A stretch of 64,000 bases of DNA from Klebsormidium nitens. Lineage: Eukaryota; Plantae; Klebsormidiophyceae. Positions 25,385 to 36,083 of this stretch are shown in pieces. The translations under genes and the position numbers were made by a program. Under the pieces are notes generated by a model. It was not told the origin of the DNA and did not search any database. It saw only the letters and a program-made list of their open reading frames with translations. The stretch's first letter is position 1; every line of letters starts with the position of its first letter. The DNA lies in NCBI GenBank assembly GCA_000708835.1, contig DF237461.1, positions 1-64,000 on the forward strand, read 5' to 3'.

Positions 25385-25870
25385 ATGTTGATTGTGGAAG
25401 AATATGCAAGAAAGCCTGGACATAACACTGAATTGACTAAAATCTCACCAACTGCACCATCCATTGCTAGCGCGTTCAGAGTCTGTCGAACACCACCGCT
25501 ATTGGAGCCTCTGGAGACAGCTGACACAGCAATCGGCTGCGTGGAGCCAAAGATCGGCAGGGCCTCATTTACAAACTGCTTCCCAGGCAGCGAAAAGGAC
25601 AAGCTCCTCCGGACCAACCCAAACGCAGAACTTGACCTGCCGATCACGCCTGCTACTTCCATTCTTCAAGAAGATTGCTCATGCACGGAATGTTCGATGA
25701 GGAGGAGAGCGAGGGAGGGTGTCGCTGCTCGCACAGTGCCCCAGTCGCCCTTCCCAGAGGGAATCTTTTCCCTGAAAGCAATCGCAGGATACCTTTTGGA
25801 TGAAGTCCTGCGGCGGCCTCCTGCCACTTTCAATTTGACGAAGGTCCGAGGAAGAGGACTCCCTGCATGA
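25385..25870 (+). other. Unassigned 161-codon ORF; candidate exon of an unrecognised gene or pseudogene
   Basis: ATG-started ORF with protein-like composition and no family motif I recognise. A further coding-looking frame with an internal TAG lies at about 25980-26190. Confidence 0.25.
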
Positions 25871-27405
25871 GACGGTCTGCCTGATCGCCTTCGTACGGAC
25901 ATTTGCGCTATAGCCTATAGCCCAAAAGATTCTAAGACGGGGGATTCACATGGATTCACATTGGTCGTTTAATGCACTGTGAAGGCTAAAGACAGCGCAC
26001 GACCGGGACCCTCCTCCGGGCCGGAAATGGAACCCGGTGGCTGCTGAGCTGCGAGCGAATTTCATGAGTGGTAGCTTTCTGAATGGAAACCGGCTACACC
26101 GGTAGGTCGATCTCGGATTCGAGAAGGAAATTGGTGGTAATTTCGTCGAGAAGATGCTCACCCATGGAATCTTGAAGAATTCGGTTGCCAGGTCAGCTCC
26201 CGGGCCGTTAGCTGGGCCAAGGCCGGCCAGCCGCTCTTGCCACGTCGGAAATTGTACGCCGTACGGCCCTGGTCAACGGCATCATCGTACGGTATTTGTG
26301 GAGGCAAGTTGCCTGTTCAGGGCTACTGCCCTACTGGGCCAGGTACATTCCAGTGACACCGGCTGAAAGCTGATACCCGCACGTCGACGCCTCACAATTG
26401 AGGTGACCGTCCGACGCCGTCGATTAACCGTTAAGTTCTGGCTGGCCAGATCGAAGGTGGTCGCTCGGCCGGGCCGCTGGATTCCCCGGGAACCTGGCGC
26501 GGCCGCGGTGAAACTTCGCCTGATGCCCGCGGCCGGCAACTGTGTTAACATGACCGGCTGTCTCGGGTTCATCATTGGGCCCGGGGGCCGGGCACTTAGT
26601 GTACTACCTACCTGCATGCATGCACGTTCACCATATCGCAACGGTCTACAGCCACCAGCTGGCAGATCGCTGCCATGGAGAGCCCGAAAAACGGGATGAA
26701 CTTCATGAATTGCGCCATGCATAAAAAAATTCGTTCAGAGTAGCGAGTCATCAATTGCATTAAACTACTTGCCTTATCATGAAAAGGCCCGCCTACTTGT
26801 TGCTCGTTCCGGGCTGGCGCAATGCCAATCCGTGCTTGAGAACTTCAAAAGCTATCAGAAAAGATAGGTTATGGTACGCCATATTGATTGAAACTCAGAG
26901 AAAGTACGTCAACTAGAATTCTGTCATTGACTGCACACCCAATTGCAGTGATGCACCGCGAATACTTGTTGCCTAGAAAGAAGGTCAGCATGTTGCGGTA
27001 AAGCAATCTTGAAGTCGTATCATTGCATGCTAGCATCTACTAACTGAATCATGGGAAGTCGATGAGAGCCAATCGGACATGAACAGCTACCACTTACACA
27101 TTACGTTCGCAATCTGACTCCGACTGAATTCAACGGCAAGCACCCCCTATATTGCACACAGTTAGTTCATCTCAGAGAAGGTGGTACCCGGCCAGATTCA
27201 GATCAAAGATACAAGAGGCATGGCTAAACATACCCAGTGCAAGTGCTCACATGCCAATCGGGACACAAACTGATTCAATTTCAACTTGATTAACCTCTCA
27301 AATATTACATGGAAAATTGTTTACGTCAGATTCACTCAGATTAAAACGTTTCATTGTCGCTGAAAAGAGAACAATCGATTCTTCTAAAATTGAGGCACCA
27401 CCTCG

Positions 27406-30296
27406 TCAGGTGCCTGGGCCTCCCAATCCTGGCAGACCACCACCTGGTGGCATGCCTAGGCTGGCGGCTAGGTCCTTCATACGCTCCTTCATTGCCTGTA
27501 TCATTGGCAAACACTGGTGTCAACGACTCACAGGAGGCGACCATTCATGAGTCCAGCCGGTCGACCTAGAAAACGTCTACACGTGCTTATGCATTTGCGA
27601 AGAGCAGACTGAAGAGCTTGATTAAATATATTTCCCATGTTAGGGCTTTAACATGTTGATGCCTACCCACGCAGTAGTAAAGAGTGTCTTGGAATAACGC
27701 CATAACCAATATGCAAACTGTTTGCACATGCGGACCTCTTGAAGATTCTCGGTGATTCTTACCATAGGAACCATCCTAAGGGACAAGAGGCGTCACTCCA
27801 ACATTGTTGCACCTTTGCTCAACCTGGTTCCTCGTTATGGTTACCAAACAGTCCAGAAACCAGCTCGAACCTCAATGATGATAAGTCAAAACAATCAGTA
27901 GAGAGACACAAATATCTCAGAGTGAGCGCAAACTCGACACAACTCCAGCATTTACTACCCAGCCATGGAGGAAGAATTGAGCGGAACATCCAATACCGGC
28001 CGTTTGTATTTAGGCGAGAGTACATCTGCGGATGTGCCGGTTCGCTGGCAATGAACGTACCTGCACGCTCTTTGTGTGAGCGTCAATGTAAGCTTCCGTT
28101 ACGAGTTCCGCTACCCGGTCAGCCCCCAGCTCCATGGCCGCTTCCGTAATCTCCGTTCGCCGGGGCTCTTGGTTGCCCGTCATGACGGCCTGTGCAAGCA
28201 TACGGATGAACAACTCGCTTCCTTTCTTGTTTTTAACTTGGAGCAGAGATGGAAAAACATCAAATCTATTTTAGGCAATGATCTGCAGAATCCTTATTTC
28301 GGTTGTCATGGCAAGGACACCAAACGGCCCAACATGTAAAGTACTGACGGGCCTATTATCACCGTCGCCGCAGAGCGTGTTGTTGATTTGTCGAATCTAC
28401 CACGTTGGCATATACCCAGAGGATGATATCAAATTGAAAAGAAGCAACGATTCGAGAAACAGGGCCTTCGAACCAAAAAAGGGTGACGTTGAGAAGAAAG
28501 CAGAAGAAGCTTCCTAAAGAGAATAGCACCGGACAAACAATCCGTGTTCTGGCCTCACCTTTACAAGCTCATCTGAAGAATACCCGTCAAATTCGGACCT
28601 GTAGAAAAGTGATGTGGACGGAATAAGCTGGCTTTTCATAAGGAAAGGACAAAGCAAGATTGCCATCACAAGGCTCAAAGATATGAAGAAAGCAGGACAG
28701 ACTCTTACTATTGACCCAAGCACTCAAGGGAGGGAATGCTTAGCAGATTATACGTGAGCCATACGTGCTGGACAGGCCGTGAAGAAAGCAGACAGCAGAT
28801 ACATAAGCAATGCGGTAGAGTGGGACCAACAGGTCAACCTGTCTGGTTTAAGTTTGGCCAAAGGATGAGTTACTCACTGCGCCAATTCTTTCTGCACCTT
28901 GACTGCCTCCACCTGCACCACCTGCTGCGCTTTCCGCACAGTTTCGATCAGGCCCTGCATGTTCCCAAACATACCCGCCTGCAGGACGTCAAACACAATG
29001 TAAGAATCCACGACGCTATGTCTGTACTTAAGGGTATTTTGACCGTCACTCCCATGAATGTCATGCACTGAATCAGGAGGGTTCGAAAGCATCACAATCA
29101 CTTCAGTTCCAAGGTTTCTTTGACGCCAAAATATGTGTGTGCCACGCTGCAGCGCGCCAATCAGTCAAGATGGGATAGGGTCATATTTATGATCTACTTG
29201 ATCCCTTTTTTCTAAGCAGAAATGCTGGCGCGGCACAAGCGAAAGCCTGTCATGTTGCACAGTCCAGTCTACTCAAAAACTTGCTCTGTGATATTCAGAG
29301 ACAAGGGGCACCATTCCTGCCCTTCAAAATAGGGCTCGTTGAGAGCAGGGTGCAGCTGCAAGTAGCAGAACAGAGGAACGTATAAGCATTTTTTCGAATA
29401 TGGATTTACGAACACCCGCAATTATTGCTTCATTCTGTTGGTGGCAAAGAGGGGATACCTTCTGCTGGCTTGGCTCCTCGCCCTCGCCCTCCTTCTTTCC
29501 GAAGAAACCTGCCCGGACTTGAAAGTGGCGGGTGGCAGGTCTTTGGCGCAGGCGCTGGGCTCCGAAAGGAACAACCGACACTGGCCTCCCTGAATGACAA
29601 AACATCCTGACTTCTTCAATAATGAGTATAAAACTAGACTTTTATGAGCAAATCTACAGCGCCATCATACCTGCAATAGAAAGAAAGACAGAACAAATTC
29701 CAAGGCGACAGTGTCTCAAAGCATTGATAACTTTTGCAAATAGACCATGCTCTTCCACACTGCCAAAGGCCCAGCCACGCAAGTGCAATTGCGGGCACCA
29801 TTTCAGCGTCTGCACAGAAACATAGTGAACACACCTCACACCGCACCATTACCAAAAATGGAGAACAATCATTCCGACTGTTGCTGTGTCCTTCAAAAGA
29901 GGCAGCCTGGAAGGCCAGTCTTAGTATTTCAACTTTTTCCCTGAAAGATACAAACGGCATTGGCACAGCGAGAAGCAACCTTCAGTGGGTCAATTGCCGA
30001 GCGATGAACGACCAAATTGTTAGTTCGTAAACGACAGCACACAGCTTCAAGCACAATGCCAATGCAGAATTCCGCCAGCAAGGGGTGCGCATATTTGCCA
30101 TTTCTCAAATTGCCTTTTCCATACTGGCTGTGGCTACGTAAATTTTGCATGCATTCGGCACGAACTGGTTGCACGCAAGGCCATGAAACTTGCCTGCGAG
30201 CAGCTGCGCCTGACTTCCACCGCCAGCTCGGATGCCCTGGTTGCAAAACAACCCAGCCCCAGCCTGCGCACCAACCAAGGAGGCTGTTGCCGCCAT
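27406..30296 (-). CDS. STIC2: Plastid YbaB/EbfC-family protein (STIC2-like), about 197 aa. Exons 30296-30194, 29589-29459, 28978-28878, 28598-28559, 28189-28061, 27495-27406; intron 1 uses a GC donor
   Basis: GMFGNMQGLIETVRKAQQVVQVEAVKVQKELAQSEFDGY, MTGNQEPRRTEITEAAMELG, LVTEAYIDAHTKSVQAMKERMKDLAASLGMPPG. Transit-peptide-like N-terminus. Confidence 0.92.
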
Positions 30297-30658
30297 GCTT
30301 CCCCAAAAAGCTGGAAAGGCAATTCAAAAGGTCTTCGGTCTCTCCTACTCCGTGCCTGCGCCTCAGGCTGTGGCGTCCTTCCCCTCCAACCTTGTGTGCT
30401 CAGACCTTGGTCCTGGTCCCTGGACGACGTGCAGGCTGCTTTGCTTCAGAGCGGCCCTGCCACCTGGCAGATATTCCTGATTTTGCAACTAGACATTGCG
30501 GAAAGAGTTGGAAGATTGTTTGACGGTTTACCGTATCCTACATCATGCAGTATTGGCAGTGTCCAGACAGTGGCATGTCGGAATCAAGTCGGAATTCATT
30601 TGCATGCTTCCTCAGCTGGCAATTACGGCGAAATAATTCTCATCGAATCGTTGTTTAA

Positions 30659-31065
30659 GGTAGAAGTATGGCATTCAACCGCCTGCAGAACCCTGGGTCA
30701 CGTTTGGTGTCATAGAATGGTCCAAACCTAACCAAATCGAGTCGAGTTTTTTGCATTGGGTTCGGAACCCCAAGGGGGTCCTATGACCCGGGTCTCGAGG
30801 NNNNNNNNNNNNNNNNNNNNNNNNNNNNNNNNNNNNNNNNNNNNNNNNNNNNNNNNNNNNNNNNNNNNNNNNNNNNNNNNNNNNNNNNNNNNNNNNNNNN
30901 NNNNNNNNNNNNNNNNNNNNNNNCCTCGAGACCCGGCTCATAGGACCCCCTTGGGGTCCCGAACCCAATGCAAAAAACTCGACTCGATTTGGTTAGGTTT
31001 GGACCATTTCGTGACCAGAAACGTGACCTAGGGTTCTGAAGGCGGTTGAATGCCATACTTCTACC
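30659..31065. mobile_element. DNA transposon or foldback element with terminal inverted repeats of at least 142 bp, flanked by TTAA on both sides; interior unsequenced
   Basis: 30659-30800 is the reverse complement of 30924-31065 apart from a handful of mismatches. TTAA at 30655-30658 and 31066-31069. Termini are GGTAG...CTACC. Confidence 0.8.
30801..30923. other. Assembly gap (123 N)
   Basis: Run of N between the two inverted arms. Confidence 1.
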
Positions 31066-31130
31066 TTAAGGTTCTGGCATGCCTTCGAGTATCATGATGT
31101 GTTGCTTGTTAAATCATATAAGCCCAATGT

Positions 31131-31160
31131 CAAGCTCAAGCTCAAGCCCCAGCTCAAGTC
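31131..31160. repeat. Short (CAAGCT)n-type microsatellite, about 5 imperfect units
   Basis: caagctcaagctcaagccccagctcaagtc. Confidence 0.6.
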
Positions 31161-32385
31161 CTGTATAGATTCTGCACTCCACCGTTACCTTTTTCCCCTC
31201 TGAAACGAAAAGATCCCCTAAGCTACGAAGTACGGGGCAGGGGTTTTTTAACGGACGGTGTTCTGCATATCTTATATTGGATGTTCACAGCACGGTCCTC
31301 GTGACACGGTCAACTTCGACTCGTCTACGCCGACCGGCCATCCTTACAAACCGTTGCCTAGGCTTTGTACAAATCCGTCGTAAAAGTTAGCTACAAACGC
31401 CCTCAGTAATGTTGAAGACAAGGCCCGGACAGCGCTCGAATTGGCAGATCGTCATGGCCTCGTGTTTGTAATTGTGTCGGTAGGCTCAGATTAGTCGTAA
31501 GTTGATAGAGAAGCAGACATCTTCAGACACAACAATTGTATGCCATGAGAAGCCTATGGCCGCACTGGCTACGGCGTTACGAAAAGAGACCATCATGTAT
31601 GTGACGCCATTGCCCCTGATTGGCTCACCGAGTTGCAGAATCGTTCAAGACGCATGCTGATTGGCTGCTTGAATTCCAACTTATGCAATCTTTTCCAAGT
31701 TCAACTTCAGTCCAGACTCCAGAGTCCAGAGAGGTCTGCAAAGCAGTGCAAACAGGTTGTAGCCACCGTACCAGTACCCAAACAAAAGAATCAGGTAGAA
31801 TCGGCCATGCATGCATGAAACATGTAGCCATTTGGATTCATACTTTTCAGGTTCATATATGCATCTTCGATACAACCACTCTTGATTGTGGGCTGGTACT
31901 GTCAAGTTGGTGCGGTTACTGTTTTCTTGGTTTTGTCATCAAGCGATTGCAACATGTTCCATACGGCATCCTAAACAAGTGTCAGGTGATCTTTGGCTTT
32001 TGGTGCAATAGCAGAGAGCTAATACCGTCATGTGTTTGTATAGGAGTCATACTTCCAATGCATACTACGTGTATTTGTAGAGTTCATTAAAGTTGCAAAA
32101 GTACAAGCGCCACATAACTTGGTGGCAGTCATGGGGACATGCAATTTAGTACCAGATATCTCGCGTCATGCAAGGGATGTGATCAATCTACGGGGTGCGA
32201 GGGCTTCTTTTCTTGAATCAATTGACGAGTGCATAGCGGTGGGCGCTCCCACCGCAATACTTGCGAAAGTAGCAGGAGCTCCGAGGTCCTCCAAAATCTT
32301 CCAATTCAAATCTCACAACGACGATCAAGGCTAGATACAAGCATGTGAAAACCGAAGATTTGAACACACGGTTGTCGAAGAAGCT

Positions 32386-35181
32386 CTACCTTTTGTTAGG
32401 CCGTCGAACCACAATCTCGTCGGCAAGCTTCTTTCCAATGTCCGTCTGAATCCTCCCTGCAAGATCGTGTGAAGAAGAACGAATCACTGTTGGATCTCGT
32501 GATCCGCCTTTTGATGAGGCAGGCCCTATTTGAAAAAGAAAATTCAAATATACCACTGGTTCGATTGATGAGTAGCCCAATCTGGTCTTCAATGACCGCA
32601 CTTGTAGTGACTGACACATGTTACGAGCAGGGACATGGCACAGGAAACCTGGAACGAGTACCTCCGAAAAGACGAATTAGGACACGGTCCGCAGTCAAGA
32701 GTGAAGTAGCTAATGGGTCCATTTACGGGTGAACGTCAAAATCTTCCATGCTCTTTGCGAATGTGGCCTCAACTAGCTTCATTTTTTACTACTTCTACAT
32801 CAAATGCAAGATAAAATGAGGAAGAGCACTAAAAGTCAGGAATTCTGGTCTCACCTGCGGCTACAAAGAAGTCGTCAAGCACTTTCCCTTGAGATGCTTC
32901 GTATTCTTGAGCTTGCAGGATCATCTCCAACTGGAAGGAAGTTGGAAAGGCAGGGCGTAAGAAATATCGGCTTGGAAAGCCGCAAACACAAGGCACGTCA
33001 TTACGTATGCATAAACCAATATGCAGATTGGTGGTACGAACCTGGACCTACCTGTGTGGAGGCGGGAACCAAACGGGGTCACATCAGACTTGCCTAACGT
33101 GCGCAACGGAGGTCTGAATTGGAAGATACAGACTCCGATAATCCACACACTGCAACTGAGGTTTGATGCTCTACAACATTCAACAGGTCAACACGTATGC
33201 GAAGTGTCTTTTGTTTGTGAAGAACAATCAGTGAAGTCGCAGGCTGTGGAGTGTACTTCATTACATCGCTTCTCGAGTCCAACGTGTTTTACTCTTTGCC
33301 GCAAGCGTAGTTGAATGTCAACTGTCGATTTCTTGGCGACAACTACGTCATCAGATCTGAATCAAACGGCGATGGCTGCGTGAAGCTGCTCACCTTGTCG
33401 AAGTCCTTGACGAGTTTGGCTTCAAGAGTTGACGCCGCATCGTACTCAAGCCACAGATCTCGCATCTCTTGTGCTGCAGTAAACCAGTGTCCGCTGAGGG
33501 GTTAACAAGGTAGGGTCTCGGATATTTGAGAAAATGCACTTTCTACAGTAGCGACGGTGGTTATACTGCTCTTCCCAGTGATCCGCTGGAAAGTGATGAT
33601 GTACTGACCAATTCAGACAACGTCAGACCCAGAGCGGACCATACAAAACAACAGTATGACAAAACCAGATTCTTAGCTAGCTAACTCTCATTTCGTCCAA
33701 CCGCCACTTATATCTACAGAGGCTGCTTTGATTCGTCTCAGTATGAAAACCCAGAGTACACTTGAACCAAGAAGCGAGCACAGGCGCTGCAGGGACATCT
33801 TTGAGGAATGTGGAATAGGTAGTTGTACCTTGTGGTGTCTCGCCCAGGAGCAAGCACATGTGTTCCATCGCCGCCGCCTCCCTCCTGTTCTTCTCTTCCT
33901 TGCTGATTCCGTCATCTGGTGTGATGTCACCAACAAGCGCTGAGAGAAGCAGAGCAAATCGAATCAGTTGCGATGATACCTATGGGTGCTTTTGAAAGAA
34001 ACTTGTTGAAATTTTCTTTATAATCAGGTCAATAGAACAGGAGTTACTTTATCAACCGCTGCTTGATTAGCCTTTCAGCAACACCATGTGCGGAGTTTGT
34101 CCTGCTTTCATCAACCTGTGTCAGCTTGTCAGCATTCTAGTCTATTCAGACTCTTAGATTGACACCGTTCAGATCTTGAAAGGCCAACACGGCGTCATGA
34201 TACTCAACTACATAGTGTCCATTAAGCTTCTTAGTATGAGCACATTGATATCTCTTACTCAAGATAGAGCGCAGACCAACCTTCTGCAACATCATGCACA
34301 ATCGCCATCCGTATGCAGCGGTCCCTGTCAACGGCCGCATCTTTGGGGTCAATCATGAATGCCATCATCGCCATACGGTACATGTGGTCCGCAATGGATT
34401 CGGGGCCTGCGACCCCATGATTGATCCATCCGGTGCGTTTGGTAGTCTGCAGCAAACACCATTTAAAAGGTCATCAAGAATTGCTCTGAGAATCCATGCT
34501 GCTGGACAGTAGTGTGAGTACATACATCGCTCTAAGTACATACAAATGCATGAATGCACCACGCACGCTTCCAGATTGAGGGACGGAAAGACAGGATTGT
34601 TTGTGAAGCCTTGTGAGTAAAAGTGTCACCCCGTGGTCCTTTTGTGAAAGGTGGTGTTGTTTCCCTTGAAGTGTACAACTGTCAACACACTTTTATTCCT
34701 GTGTGAACCTGCATGTTGTCATGTCTTCAGGACTAAGGTTGCATGAACTTGCACCAAATTATGAAGGACCCTTAACCACTTTCTTAGTACCACCAAGGCA
34801 ACTGAGAGCAGACTGGACAGTTGAGGCTTTCTTTGTATCTCAAAGAGATCGAGTTCTCACCTTCAAACTCTGAATCAATGTCAGAAAGTTGACCAGACTG
34901 CCCACGGATTGACTAGTGCTTGTTGAAGCAGTTTGGCTCTCATCCATTGGCGAGCTCGCCATTGATTGAATTTTTCGATGAGAAAGCTTCCCAACTTGGA
35001 CACGCTTCTGAAAAGACTTCCTGACTAGATCCTCGCAGACTGGTCTACGACTTCTAGAATGTAATTGATTTTTGACCACAGAGCTGTCAAGAAGCGAAGC
35101 GCCAAGACGGAGGGGCCCCTGCCACAATGATGGACTATTTCCGACGTCAATGCTTGCAGCTCTATGGAACCGGGGCCACAT
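32386..35181 (-). CDS. HDDC2: HD-domain hydrolase (HDDC2/YGK1-like nucleotidase family), about 274 aa with N-terminal extension. Exons 35181-34861, 34446-34281, 33939-33829, 33473-33394, 32930-32855, 32456-32386
   Basis: LKTTKRTGWINHGV.GPESIADHMYRM, AIVHDVAEALVGDITP, LWLEYD, VKDFDKLEMILQAQEYE. Phases are consistent. A second Met (MASSPM) follows a presequence-like segment. Confidence 0.93.
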
Positions 35182-35990
35182 GCCAGTGGCAATGCCAATG
35201 CGGCCACAATGAACTCTTTTATACCGTCACAATGTCAATGGAGTTTGATGAGAAACTCAGAAAGAATGCTGTGCAGCGCTCTTCCTCACCCTTCAAGTTC
35301 CAACTTCAACTTCAAGTAGAGATGTCAACAGTGACGAAATTGTCTTGAAGTTGGACTTGAAGTTGGAGCAACTTGCTAGGGCGGAATTCCAGCTCACACT
35401 GCATCAGACTGAACTTTGAACTTGAGAAGTTTGAAGTGTCAATCAGTTGCCAAAACTCGAGAAGCAACTGACTTTGAAAGGCCGGCTAGTGGAAGTAAAC
35501 GAAGGGGGATAGGTCTGATAGAAGGAGCCGTCTTTTCATCTCAAAAAGAGGATCCAGCGCATAGCATTCGTGTGCACTTCAGAAGAGTCGGATGGCGAGT
35601 GCCCAATTGATGCCCCGCTCGGAAGCTCTCTCAGCTTTGCGCATGGTGAGTTGGGATTAATTGCTGTTGATTTCTGGTGCGGCGGCGCCTCAATTGACAA
35701 GGATCAGTGTTACTTTTTGTGATGAATGCATGTCCCCATTGAAAACTCCTTGCAGTCTGGCAGTTGACCGACTATTAATCTGTACTCACTGTAGAATTGA
35801 AATGGTGCGTCTCAGAGAAGAGATACACATTGAAAGCAGAAATTTATCATGCTGTGAATCTGTCACTTTATCTTGCCTTCTACGCTGTGAATACAAGACG
35901 CCCCCGCAAAATCCAAATCCTTGTCATTCGCTTTTCACTGCTTTTTGAGAGTCTGTGAAAGTTGAGTAGAGCCGACCAAACGTTTCCTGC

Positions 35991-36004
35991 CCCCTTATAA
36001 GGGG
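35991..36004. promoter_or_regulatory. Candidate TATA element inside a perfect 14-bp palindrome (CCCCTTATAAGGGG) upstream of the glyoxalase-like gene
   Basis: TATAA at 35996-36000, 35 nt before ATG 36035, in the divergent HDDC2/GLX intergenic region. Confidence 0.4.
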
Positions 36005-36083
36005 ACTGCCGTGCAGAACTTTGCCTCCATATTCATGGAGTACATAAAAGTCTCAGCCATGAAAGTTTAGAAGGTCGCTCAAC

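Noticed and set aside
31620-32090. 156-codon plus-strand ORF
   Set aside because: TTG start and Cys/His-rich, non-coding-like composition overlapping a CATG-rich tract.
35291-35368. Imperfect inverted repeat of AACTTCAAG-type units upstream of HDDC2
   Set aside because: Short, built from a simple repeated word and without TSD; not enough to call an element or structured RNA.
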